Shown here: positions 28,549 to 41,559 of the stretch, piece by piece
How the letters are laid out: each line of letters begins with the position of its first letter
Position numbering within the stretch: the first letter of the stretch is position 1
Source: the human T2T-CHM13v2.0 reference genome, Homo sapiens
Reading direction: 5' to 3' (one strand)
Length of the DNA stretch: 64,000 bases
NCBI RefSeq assembly: GCF_009914755.1
Contig: NC_060936.1
Made by a program: the position numbers and the translations under genes
The notes under the pieces: model-generated
The model's database searches: none
What the model saw: only the letters and a program-made list of their open reading frames with translations
Told to the model about the DNA's origin: nothing

Positions 28549-29729
28549 AAATGAACAAAACAGGCAAGCTCTTTCATGAGATTTAATTCTGAAAGTGGAC
28601 CTGAGATTTCCACAGACATATATATTTCTAGAAGTAGTGGAAAGATACTATTAGACTCTAAGAAAGCTAAAGTAGCTGACACTATAGGAGGAAGAGATAA
28701 ACTTAACAATGGACTTCCTAGTGGAGCCTTTTGACGGCTGAGTCCTAAGAATCTGCACTTTCAGGATTCCTCATAATGGATGAGGGGAATATTTGATCAG
28801 AAACCCAAATGGTAATGACACACACCTCACAAATGAAGTTAAAATGACCAAATCTTCAGTTATCTTCTGCTTGGAAAATAGAACATAGGAGTTAAACGGT
28901 ATCTAAGAAACTACTGCATTGATTTTGCAGATGTAGAAACTGAGACTTTAAGAAATTATATGAATGATCCAAGTTGTTAAAAGGAGACTTCCATCAAAAA
29001 TCTACATTTGCCTTGCAAACTTATTCTGTTTTCATTCCGCCAGAGGTATAAGGTAAAGCTTTATTTTAAAAATTGGAATGTCACTTCTCATTATATTTAT
29101 TGTAAGTGTGCCCAACAAATGGCTAAGCAGAAGGTAAAGTCAATAAGTACGGTGAAATAAATAACTTGGAGTCAGAATCTTAAGAATCTATTCTTGGCTT
29201 CTTCTCCAACATGTTTGATGATCATCGGCAAGTCACTTAACCTCCTTGTACTTCAGTAAAAGTGAAGACAAAAGCAAATACTCTGACATATTGTGAGATT
29301 CTATGACTAATGGTTCTAACCGATTCAGAATGAGTCAATATCCACGTGCATCTATCATAGGTAATAGGCATTATTAGACTCCCACACAGGATCATAAATA
29401 TACTTCTTACACCAACAATTTGAAATGTCTCCTGTTACATATAAAACTCTATAGGCTTTATCTTTCTTGTAAAGTGTATTTAGAGACAAGCAAGCCTATT
29501 TCCAAGTTAGTTTCAACAGAGGTGTGCAGAAGAAAAAGTTTCTCTTAGTGGACAAACATGTAGTGCCCCTGTGAGCATCCTCAACAAATAAAAATGTCTC
29601 TTCTACCCTGCTCAATGTTCTCAGTGAATAATTAGAGTTGATAATTCCACAATTTCATGGTAATTATGTAGAGCTTTTGGAAGGAAAATTCATTTTATAT
29701 CAGGTATTGAATTAATTCATCAGTCATGT

Positions 29730-30078
29730 TCCCTAGGGTGTGTTAATCTCTGTACATACAATCATTATAATCATCATCATAACCATCATCATCCTGAACA
29801 TCCCTAGAGATGACCCTTAAATAGGGGGATATGAAAGGCAGTGGATTAAAGTGGAGTAAAGTGAGCAAATAGAAAATTCTGGATAGATTCTGTATTTTTA
29901 TCTGATCTTTTTGAAAAGCACATCTTCAATGGTGCAACTGTTATTGGCTTTTCCTTTTTTCTATCCCATTCTACCTGCTCACTTATTTCTTCTTCCAGGA
30001 AACATTTCTAAATACACTATACACAGCCATGCTTTTGTCTCATGTTCTGCTTTCTGAAAAAAACTAAATTAAGAGATC
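29730..30078 (+). mobile_element. Old ERVL LTR (LTR16/LTR33-like) remnant
   Basis: The 3' end tgtctcatgttctgctttctgaaaaaaactaaattaagaga resembles gtctcaggctctgcttct...aacctaagaca. Confidence 0.45.
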
Positions 30079-30089
30079 TATATACTTAT

Positions 30090-31550
30090 GCATTGACTAG
30101 CATCCCTCTTACCTGCTTAAGAATTTCATTCAGGTTATTTCCTGCTGCTCTGTTTTTTTTTTAATTGCATCAGAATTGTTCTCTTTTATATTTTCCATTG
30201 TCATAGAATCATGTTCTAATACTCCTATCATAGCAAACAACTTTTCTTTTAGATATATCCCCCCATCTACTTTTACTTTCTTTCCCTATCCCTCATCTCC
30301 ACAAAGCTCCTACAAGATTTGCCATTGCTCTGTATTACCACTGCATCTTTTTTATTCTAAACCTGCCTCAAACAGATTTTTGTCTCCACTACTCCATTAA
30401 AATTTCATTCTAACACCACTGAGCTCTACATCGCCAAATCCAATGGTTAATAATTATTCAGAATTTTATAGCACTAACATTTAAGATAATTGATTACTCT
30501 TTCTTAAAACATTTCCTTCACTTGACCCCTGGGACAACATGAAGTCCTGCCTTTAAAAACAACAACAACAACAATAACAACAACTTTTTCTTTTTTTCAG
30601 GCTCTTTTTGTGTATCCTCTTAATTTTTTTTTTGACTTTTCAAGTTTGGAGTCTCCAACATTGAGTACCTCGTCACTTATCCATGACTCTTATGTCATTA
30701 GTGATGTCATCCATCCCCATACTTTTGAATATCATTGATATGTTGATATTATGTAACTTTTTTTTCTGCCTCAACCTCTTGAACTACTACTTTCATTTGG
30801 TTTTTGAACAGGTATTGTACACTTAACATACTACAAGTTTTCATTACCACTCTTCCTTAATTTTCCCAATTGCTTAAGCCAAAAGTCTTGACATCCCTCT
30901 TTTTAATAAAATTTCCTTCCAATCACCACTAGCAATTCCTAGTGGCACTATTTTGAAAATATGTCCCAAATCTGATCAATTCCCACCACTTGCCCACTAG
31001 TCCCTAAACGATTGTGGTAGCTGATTGATTCTGGTGTTTTCACTGTTTGACACTCCCAGAGAATTTTTTACACACTGCTGCCAGAATGAAACTTTTAAAT
31101 GCAATTCTGGCCAACTTATCCCATGTTCTAAATTCTCTGACTTCCTCTTATGATTACTGTGGCCTATAAGTCCCTAGATTATCTGGTGCTGGCAACATCT
31201 CTAAATTCATCTCCTACTTGGCAACCGAGTTCCAGCCATGTTGGCCTCTTTGCACACAGCTGAATACATTACTTAAGCTTCCATCTTAGGGCATTTATAT
31301 TTCTTCTCTTGCCTGGAATGCTCCTCTCTTTATCCTTTTTATAATCAGGGAAGGTTTGCTTACCCTACTTAGATCTCATATTTTATCGCTTCATCCCTTT
31401 ATCAGAGAGGACTCTCCCTAATCAGCCTAAAATACAACCCCAACCACATCACTTTCTATCCACCCCATTATCATGTTCATTAATAGGATAAAAATAGTGT
31501 ATATATTTTAAGTGTATTTCTTCTCTCTGACTGAATGCTAGGAGGCCTTT
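30090..31550 (+). mobile_element. L2 fragment
   Basis: L2 motifs: catcgccaaatccaatggt, aattgcttaagccaaaag, cttgcctggaatgctcctc. Confidence 0.75.
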
Positions 31551-31730
31551 TAGAATAGGAAGAACATTAATTTAGGGTCATATAATCCTTAATTTCTGTC
31601 CTATCACTTACCTGAAATGTTATTTTAGACAAGTTACTTGGTTTAATCTCAACTGAAGATAGCAATCCCTAGCATATTCTAACAGCGCTTTAGTCATTAC
31701 ATAGAAGGACAAATCCAAAAAACTATTTAG

Positions 31731-32067
<337 letters not shown>

Positions 32068-32941
32068 TACTTTTGGTAAATTTATGGTTCAATAATATCA
32101 ATACTGAATATTTCTACCATTAATAAAGTTTAGAACAAAGCCATGCAATTAGAATGGTTTTAGTAAATGTATAAAAATTTTATTATGCAGAACTTTGCCC
32201 CTAGGTGAAATTTGGAGCCACGCATTCTGTAAATTGAGGTTAAAAAATCAATTGTTCTGTTTTATGTTTATTCATTTAGTTTTTCTATATCTAATCTCTC
32301 CTTTTTTAAAAACCACAATTTTTTACAATTCCAAGCCAATTCCTATTTATTTCACAACTTATCTTTTAAGCAAAGTACATCAGATTCTCTTAAGCGATTA
32401 TTATATCTATTTCCTTCAATATACATATGGTCCTTCTTTATCACCACATACTATGATAACCTCAAAATATATTTCAAAAACTATATATAAGATTTCTAAT
32501 ATTTCCTGAGCTGTAATTCTTCACAACCCATAATACCTCTTCACTTTTCGTTAATTTATTCTCTCAGTTAGTTACCTCTATTAATTAGGTACATGCCACA
32601 TGAAAGGGATCAGGTATTTTATTTTCACATATAAAAATATTTCTTTTCTGTCATTAGTCTAATATTTTACATTGGAACCAACACAATTCCCAATTTGCAT
32701 GTTTCTCACCAGCCTTCAGAGAAGTCTGAAATGAATCACAATTACCTAAAGGTAAAGCACGGAGTATTTCAAAAGCACTGAAACAGAATGGTGATTTTAG
32801 ACTCTTTTTTTTTTGTCCTTAACTCTGGCACACATTTTTAAAAATTGACTGCATAGTATTTAGAACTGGTGGCTCCACTCTAGCATTACGCACACATGAG
32901 AGGACAGATAACCTAAGAAGGAAAAATGTCACAGAAAATAA

Positions 32942-32987
32942 AAATCTTTCTCCCATGGAGGAATAAATCTTTCTCCCATGGAGGAAT
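32942..32987. repeat. Perfect 23-bp tandem duplication
   Basis: aaatctttctcccatggaggaat x2. Confidence 0.95.
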
Positions 32988-34572
32988 AAATGCTGCAGAA
33001 CATTTTTATGAATCATCCAACATCACATTTTGAAGCCCCCATAGATTTAGCACAGTTCAATTAAAAGGAAAGAAAAAGCAGAAATAATGACTTAATGACT
33101 TAATGGCTTTAGGATATTGAGAATTCTGTATTAGCACTTCTCTTTCCACATGAGCAAAATGTTCCATGGCTCCATTACAAATTCCACTATTTATTCTCTT
33201 TCTCATTTCCATTTCTTCTAGCATCTTCTAAACATCCCTCATTTGAAATCCCCTTTTCTGGATTTAACTGTGGCTATTTCAGGCTATAATCCATTTCCTG
33301 TACCAAAAGGAGTTTATTCCAGTGGTTCTCAAGTACAAAAAATATGCCCTTGATCATGAAAGCCACAGACCAAAGTTCTTGGTTTCAGGAGATGATAAAG
33401 TAGCCTAGAAAAAGCCTATAATAGAGATCTAGAATGTCCCTAGCAAGTTTCTAATAAAAGTTCAAATTAATTAATGTATTTTCCTGAACTTAGTTTTTAA
33501 TAGATAATTTAAAATGTCAAAAGAAACAAAAAAATATGATTGGGACATGTCCACCCAAGTAATGAGAGCTTATATTTTTCTTCAAGCCCCACTACCCATC
33601 TAACTATTAGCTGAGACCTAAGATTCAAGTCATAAAAATAATTAAAATTGAACAACTCATTCTATATTAACAGCAGATATATAGATATTATATATCTCCT
33701 TCTTACTGACTGAACAAGGCAAATATATAGCCCTGGTGAAATTCAGCACGTCAGATATCTAACAATAGCTTTCCAAAAAACATTCCGTTGTCCTTATCAA
33801 AATTGCAAACACTTTCATAGAAAACGTAGATAATTAAATAAGAATAAATCTTTCATTTTAATCACCTTATTTAAACTTCATTTCTCTTTGAGTGCAAATA
33901 ATACTTATTATTCTAAAATTCAATTTACAAAAACTACTTTAGTGATAAAACATTTTCTTCATTCAAATTAGGATCATCAATAAATAGTTCCTTTCACTCT
34001 GAGAAGTGTGTCTGATTAGACTTAAATTTTTCTCTAGTTTATTGTTAAAAGTTTCTGTCTTAACTAGATCTACCATGCCTATTTAAAATGTATCAAAATA
34101 AAAATTATCTAAATTATAACCCACAAATTCCAAGAATGTAACAACATCTATTAGCTATTTTATTCCAACTTTAATAACATTTCCCAAAACTGTGAGTTTT
34201 GTACCGTTAAGGTTAAACTTTGATCAAATCTGAATAAGAAAAGTTTTTATAAATTTCATAAAAGTGTTGTCAACTCAGTAAATATATCTCCTCCTAGCTA
34301 AATGATATTCCAATTGCCAATGCCCCTTCCTATCCAAAAATATGTCAGAGAATAATTTAACTTAGGAAATTTTGTTTATTTCACCAGCTCACTGGGGATC
34401 CAACTCACCCTCTATCTTGTGGCTGAAGGATTTATTACTGGTCATTTCTTCAGAAATTGTATGTGCGTGTTGAGGGGATGCTATTATACACCCCCTCATA
34501 TCAATTTGAAAACACCTGCCCAATATTGTTTACACTAATATCCTTTAAGATTTGCATAATTAATAACAGTGA

Positions 34573-34870
34573 TTTGTTTGTTTGTTTTTGAGACAGTCTC
34601 CTTCCGTCGCCCAGGCTGGAATGCTCTGGCACAATCTTGGCTCACTGAAACCTCTGCCTCCTGGGTTCAAGCGATGCTTTGTGCCTCAGCCTCCCGAGTA
34701 GCTGGGATTACAGGTGCATGCCACCACTCCCGGCTAAGTTTTGTGTTTTTAGTAGAGATGGGGTTTCACCATGTTGGCCATTCTGGTCTTGAACTCCTGA
34801 CCTGAAGTGATCCACCTGCCTAGGCCTCTCAAAGTACTGGGATTACAGGTGTGAGCTACCACACCCAGCC
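34573..34870 (-). mobile_element. AluS
   Basis: Antisense Alu with a (TTTG)n tail. Confidence 0.93.
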
Positions 34871-36033
34871 AGTAACGATTTTATTTAATTATTTTTTTAA
34901 GGTAATTTGACTTAGCCACATGCCTTAGCTCATCTAAGTACAGCTTATTTTTTTCGGTTAAACATTTGAAATTGTGTATCATATTTTATAAGTATGTAGT
35001 TTTTAAAGTCCCAGGACTTTATTTTTCTAAAATCAGCATGAATATTTCAGGGCAGTGTTCTGTCCTACAGACAAATTCTCCACATGACAAATTTAGTTCT
35101 TTATTAGAAAGGAAAAAGAAGTAAACATGAAAATCTCAAACATTTTCTTGCAATAGTATTTATTCTTTTTGCCTTTAGATTTTTTGCCAAGCCAATCACT
35201 GTCCTTCTCATTTTCTGTGTGCAGAATGTAACTTTTTCCACTTAATTGACAATAAAAATCTTAAATAACTTCTAAGTATGCATTATTTGTTGTCTTTTCA
35301 TTGTTTTATGCCTGCAGTCTCATCCTGATTAGAGAGTGGTTCTCAGTGGCAGATTTCCTTTCTGCCAGTAGACTAAAACCCTATAGTAGTTCCTTCCATA
35401 TTGTTTCCCACAGTAAGAGGCTCATTTCTTACCTCTGAGTAGGTCTCTTAATTCTTTTTAAAAAATCCTCAGCACACTCAGAGAACTGCAGTTGGAGTGG
35501 CCATTCCTTACCCACTTCAGCCAACAGAGAGCCAACATCTGCGTGCTTACCAAGGATCGGGCGCACAGCCTCACTCTTCCTCCTTGTGTTCGTCCTCTGC
35601 TGTGCTTTTTTTTTTGGAACCTTCCAATTACTAACTGCAATTTTTAAAATACAATCAAGTCATTTCTTCCATTGTCAACTGCCCACTCCCAGGATAATCA
35701 GATATGTCTATTACTGTCTAGAAGTTCTGCTTTTATGTCAATCGCTTGTACCATTTACTGTCTTAGATGTGCTCTCTTTGAGCAAAGCACCTCCACTCTC
35801 CAAGGGCGATCCACCAGGGCCAAGCCACCCACATAATTTCTTCACAACATTTTTTTGAGGCAGGTATTACAGATGAGGAAGGAGCAAATGAGGAAACTGC
35901 CAAAAGTCATAAAGATATTGTGATTAAGTCAGCTAAGGGCAGATTCATATTGAACAATTAATATAATGTATTTTTAGTATCTGTCCTGTGTGAAGAAATA
36001 GTCCAAACAATTTGTCTCATTTGCTCCAATATA

Positions 36034-36179
36034 AGCCTGGGTAATAGAGTGAGATGATGTCACAAGTAAAAATAAATAAATTGACTGCATCATCTTAACT
36101 TTACCTGATGATACTTAGTAAGAAAATGCAGAAGTATGTGTCATATTTAAGGAAAAATTACAGCTTCCTCAATAAAGGA
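36034..36179 (+). repeat. Duplicate of Alu 3' end plus unique flank (source 37104-37247)
   Basis: agcctgggta.taga.tgaga...taaattgactgcatcatcttaacttta.ctgatg.tacttag...caataaagga is present at both sites. Confidence 0.93.
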
Positions 36180-36862
36180 TAGTCTATTAGTATTGGGATA
36201 ATCAGTATATAAATTTTTTAAAAATTCAGTTTTGTTCAGTTGGTATGAATACTGTACCAAAGGGGAAGGGATTTCTATTAGATATATAGATAAAGAAAAA
36301 AATGACTTATGTTTTCCTATTTTTCTTAAATGTCCTTTTATAATAATGAGGTTAACCAATTTTATAAGTCAAATAATATTCATCACAAACTTATCTCTCT
36401 GATTTCTTTTGACTCAAGATCACTGAAGTTTAGCTGTAATAAAGTGGATTTCAACTTAGCATGTTCTAGTTAATAGAACACTCACTGGGTATTTCCTATG
36501 TAAGTGCTTTGATGTGCATGATACATATCAGAGACCCATGAGTTAGATTTTCTATTTCTTCCTGTGTCTGGTATAGCATCTAATTACATTAACTCTTATT
36601 AAATACTTCTTGTGGATGAATAAAAATATCGAGGTATGGCCAGGACGAATGTTAACACAGAACTAAAAACACTCATACCATCATTACTTCTGCCATTTCT
36701 CATACTTCTAGTTACTGCCAAATACTACCAGGGGGTGCATCTTTGGTTCCAGAAGTATTAAAGTTTGGTCTTGTGTGGGAAAAAATGACTTGCCATGGAT
36801 CAGCAAGTTTCAGTCTGACAATAACATGACCCTTGTTGGAATTTAAAAAAAAAAAAAAAAAA

Positions 36863-37142
36863 GGCTGGGTGTGTTGGCTCATGCCTGTAATCCCAGCACT
36901 CTGGGATTCAAGACCAGCTTAAGTAGAGTCAGATCTGTCTCTACAAAAAAAAAAAACAAAAAAAACAAAAAACAAACAAACTTAGCTAGTCATGGTGGCA
37001 TCATGAACCTGTAGTCCCAGCTACTCGGGAGGCTGAAGTGAGAGGATCACTTGAACTTAGGAAGCTGATGCTGCACTGAACCAAGATTGCATCACCCTGT
37101 GCCAGCCTGGGTAGTAGATTGAGACCCTGTCTCAAACAAACA
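36863..37142 (+). mobile_element. AluJ with left-arm internal deletion
   Basis: cagcactctggga joins directly to ttcaagaccagc. The middle A-rich linker is expanded and the right arm is J-type. Confidence 0.88.
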
Positions 37143-37770
37143 ATTAAATTGACTGCATCATCTTAACTTTAGCTGATGCTACTTAGCAAGAAAATGAAGA
37201 AATATGCGTCATATTTAAGGAAAATGTGTAACCTCCCCAATAAAGGAAATAAGTTTTTAAAACCTTCTCACAGTTAAATAAATCTCACAAATATTTGATC
37301 ATTTTTGTTTTGTACTAATACTACATATTATTCCCTTATGTATTAATAACTGATTTAACAATGTCTTTAGATATTGATATCTCTAGTATTTCACTTTAAA
37401 ATTTTTACTTTATATTCCAAGAGAGATTTATAAGTCTTTCACCTAACTGATTTCTGTAGAACTGATTAAAATATACAGCTGAAAAAATGTGTGGCAGAAC
37501 TCTCTTTCTTTTATTTAAAATGTTTATTATTTACCACCTTCACTTATAAAAGGATTATGAGGTGATAACTTATTAGTCAGTGGAAAAAATTTCCCAAACA
37601 AAATTATAACCAATTGGAAGATAGTGAATCAATTAAGCCATAACTTACATGTATGTAATAATGCCATATTTTCCGTTATGTTTCCCACGTATATGTATAT
37701 TATCAGTAATAATAAATGTAATAATTTTAAAAATGTATATATAATATATATTACATATATATGATAGGTA

Positions 37771-38137
37771 TGTATTTATTAGTTTGCTAGGGTTAACATA
37801 ACAGAACACTACAGTCTGAATGGCTTATAAAACAGAAATTTATTTACTCACAGTCCTGGAGGCTGTAAGTCCAAGATCAAGCTCTTAGCAGGGTGGATTT
37901 TTTTCTGAGGCCTCTCTCCTTGGCTTACAGATGATTGTCTTCTCGCTGTGTCCTCACATGATCTCTCCTCTGTGCACACTCTCCTCTATAAGAACACTAG
38001 TCTGAATTAGGGCCCACCCTACACCCTCATAGTAACTCACCTCTGTGAACGTTCTTTCTCTGAATACAGTCACATTCAAAGTACTGCGGGTTACAGCTTT
38101 AAGTCATGAATTTTGTGAGACACAATTCATCTCATAA
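37771..38137 (-). mobile_element. MLT1 (A/B-like) MaLR LTR
   Basis: aacagaaatttatttactcacagtcctggaggctgtaagtccaagatcaag...gacacaattcatctcataa. Confidence 0.85.
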
Positions 38138-38609
38138 TGATATACATTATGTATGTGCATTACATGTTTAAGTATATTATAGGTATTCTAGGAAAGAGCC
38201 TATTTCCTATTTTTCAAAACATCTTTCTTATCCATCAGCAAAACACATGAATCACTTTAACTTTTGAGTCATTCTGAACTCTAATAGATAATAGGTGACT
38301 TATCATTTACAATTACCTTATGCCTCGGATTACAAAGTCATTCCTCACCTAGAGATTGTGTACAAGGCTCCTTTGAAGGCGATTAGGCAAAATATTTTCT
38401 TTCTATAAAAATACAACTCTTCTTACGTCAATGCGACTTGAAGAAAGGAGACATTGTCAGTTTTACAGGCTACAATAGAGCCTATTATCTGATTCAATTG
38501 ATGGAATGCAAATTAAATGACAGCTTCAGTTTGAAGTAGATGGACATACATAGTTTCAGAGCATGAATCATATCCACCTGGTCTTGGAGAAGTAAGTTGC
38601 TTGTAAAAT

Positions 38610-39763
38610 TGAGAGGTGACAGCGTGCTGGCAGTCCTCAGAGCCCTCGCTTGCTCTCTCGGCACCTCCCCTGCCTGGGCTCCCACTTTGGTGGCATTTGA
38701 GGAGCCCTTCAGCCCCCCACTGCACTGTGGGATTCCCTTTCTGGGCTGGCCAAGGCTGGAGCCCACTCCCTCAGCTTGCAGGGAGGTGTGGAGGGAGAGG
38801 CGCGAGCGGGAACCGGGGCTGCCTGCGGCGCTTGCGGGCCAGCTGGAGTTCCGGCTGGGCGTGGGCTTGGCGGGCCCCGCACTCGGAGCAGCCGGCCAGC
38901 CCTGCTGGCCCCGGGCAATGAGGGACTTAGCACCCGGGCCAGCGGCTGCGGAGGGTGTACTGGGTCCCCCAGCAGTGCCAGCCCACCGGCTTTGCGCTCG
39001 ATTTCTCACTGAGCCTTAGCTGCCTTCCCGCGGGGCAGGGCTCCGGACCTGCAGCCCGCCATGCCTGAGCCTCCCACCCACTCCGTGGGTTCCTCTGCAG
39101 CCCGAGCCTCCCTGACGAGCGCCGCCCCCTGCTCCACAGCGCCCAGTCCCATCCACCACCCAAGGGCTGAGGAGTGCGGGCGCACGGCACCGGGACTGGC
39201 AGGCAGCTCCACCTGCAGCCCCGGTGTGGGATCCACTAGGTGAAGCCAGCTGGGCTCCTGAGTCTGGTGGGGACGTGGAGAGTCTTTATATCTGGCTCAG
39301 GGATTGTAAATACACCAATCAGCACCCTGTGTTTAGCTCAAGGTTTGTGAGTGCACCAATGGACACTCTGTATCTAGCTGCTCTGGTGGGGACGTGGAGG
39401 ACCTTTATGTCTAGCTCAGGGATTGTAAATACACCAATCGGCACTCTGTATCTAGCTCAAGGTTTGTAAACACACCAATCAGCACCCTGTGTTTAGCTCA
39501 AGGTTTGTGAATGCACCAAGGGACACTCTGTATCTAGCTGCTCTGGTGGGGCCTTGGAGAACCTGTGTGTGGAAACTCTGTATCTAACTAATCTGATGGG
39601 GACGTGGAGAACCTTTGTATCTAGCTCAGACTCCGAACACGTCTGAACATCAGAAGAGACAGACTCCAGACGCACCACCTTAAGAGCTGTAACACTCACC
39701 GTGAGAGTCCGAGGCTTCATTCTTGAAGTCAGTGAGACCAAGAACCCACCAATTCCGGACACA
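38610..39763 (+). mobile_element. Solo LTR12 (ERV9; LTR12C-like) with internal deletion
   Basis: Starts tgagaggtgacagcgtgctggcag, ends ccaattccggacaca, 4-bp TSD AAAT. CpG-rich 5' part and tandem caccaatc/tatctagct enhancer repeats at 39290-39629. Confidence 0.96.
39290..39629 (+). promoter_or_regulatory. ERV9 LTR U3 enhancer repeats (CCAAT/NF-Y and GATA motifs)
   Basis: Repeated caccaatcagcac and tatctagct (GATA on the minus strand) units. ERV9 LTR enhancer activity through NF-Y/GATA is established, but activity at this locus is not shown. Confidence 0.55.
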
Positions 39764-40019
39764 AAATGACCATAAAATTTCAGTGGCATACAACAATAAT
39801 CCCTCAATTACTCATTGCTGGGGGCAAGCTGATCTTGATTACATTCAGCTGTGGGGTGGCTTTGCTTCAGGCTTTAGATCTCTCTAGGCATGGCTACTCT
39901 CCTAGCTGCGATTGAAAATTTAAAAATAACAATAGTAAAGAAAAACCCTTTACTCTTCTATTTGAATTATTTTAAATAGATTATGCACTATGATACAAGT
40001 AGTTCACTGGAAACTTAAA

Positions 40020-40540
40020 TGTTAACTAAAGACCATGAGACCTGTGGAGGAAAGAGGGATAGCTTTATTTTCTTAAAAAGTCAATCTGCAGGCTGGGGAG
40101 ACACTGCCTTCCAGTACAAGTGAAAGTATGCTCCCAGAAGAACAAAGAGAAAGTCCGGCCTAAATAGGGAAAGTTCTTGTTCTGGTTCTCAATCAGGTCC
40201 ATTTATGCACATAAACATATCAAATTTGTTCGGTTCTGATGGGTCAAAACAGTCGAGCTCTGACTAGATGGTTTTCAAGCCCCAAACCAGAAGTCTGACA
40301 GGCGTTGGGGAGTGCAGGTTGGTGTTCTAGCCACCATTTTATCTTGGCTCTGACAACAGGAACTTGTTTGGCTTGATTGTTGAAAGGGAGGTCCTGTGAC
40401 ACTTTTACAATGCCTTTCTCAACACACCATCATGACCCCTCCTTCACCCAACCATGGCTGCTTAGTTCTGTTTTAATTTGAGTCCCTCAGTTAGCCATGG
40501 GTAGTACATTTTGTCTTTCAGCCAGGGACATATTTTAACT
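40020..40540 (-). mobile_element. ERV1 (MER4-group) LTR
   Basis: Minus strand gacaaaatgtactacccatggctaactgagggactcaaattaaaacagaac, with a polyA signal (tttatt ~40064) near the other end. Subfamily uncertain. Confidence 0.6.
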
Positions 40541-41559
40541 TAAATATAAGGCATTCAAAATACTCATTTATCGTATTCACTTGGTCTTTATTTCTAACAC
40601 CAGCAGCATGTACTTTATATTGGTTTCCTTTGCATTTTAATCTGAGATTTAAAAAATTTAGTTGAAGTCCCTCTTATCACGTGCAACAAAAAAGGGATAC
40701 CTTTTATTCTTTTGAAAACTGCAGTAGTTCATAGTCTCATAGCCTACCTTTTTCATATTTTTGAAATAAAAACATAAACTCACAGCTTTGCAAATTTGGT
40801 TGTCAGAATTAATACCCAAATCCCCAAACATCCAGAGAACTTGACAAGTGGCTGCATCCTGGGATTCTCAAAATTCATAAAAATCAAGAGTTGTTTTTTG
40901 TTTAAGAAGACCTAAAGAATGGAAGATGGAAAGTCACATGAGACAAGCAAATAGAATTTATGATTTGTGTAAAATTCATCAAGGTTTTTTGTTTGTTTGT
41001 TTTTGCCTTTTATCTAGGACAAATTACACATGTAAAGTCCAGGAGTGAGAAAAAGAGTCCAGAATTACAGGGCCAATTAAAGTCCTGAGGGATTACCTCA
41101 ATTCTTTAATCTTTTTTTTTCTCCTGGGCTTTTTTCTTGGGTATAGGGTGAGATATTACATATTAATTCATTTTTCTCATCATATACTATCTGCCAGCCA
41201 CTCAGGGGTACATGAATGATTTATGAAAATAAAGATATAATTTTTGCCCTCCCAGTATAATGTTGCTTGTAGGGAAATAAATAGGAAATTAGATTTTGAC
41301 ATGATAAATACTTTGGTAGTGATAAAAATATAGTTTTGCAGAGTTGGGGAGAATTGAGCTCAGAAAAATTCCTCTGAGGGTATGTGTCTTTATTTTCATT
41401 TGTCTTTGAATAGGTAGCTTTGGCAATGATTTTTAGAATGCAAGGGATTCTGACTCTCCCTTTACTCTCTCAGCATATTCTTTTGCCTGTGGTAACATAC
41501 TAAGAAAATCACAGAGCAGGCCCCTAGGATTTTAGATGACTCTATACTCACCATCAAAA

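Noticed and set aside
39290-39629. Regularly spaced repeats superficially like a CRISPR array
   Set aside because: Known LTR12 U3 tandem repeats with non-unique spacers, in a primate genome with no cas genes.
38494-39807. Cluster of long overlapping GC-rich ORFs (up to 171 aa)
   Set aside because: They lie almost entirely within LTR12. The open frames reflect GC richness, not a gene.
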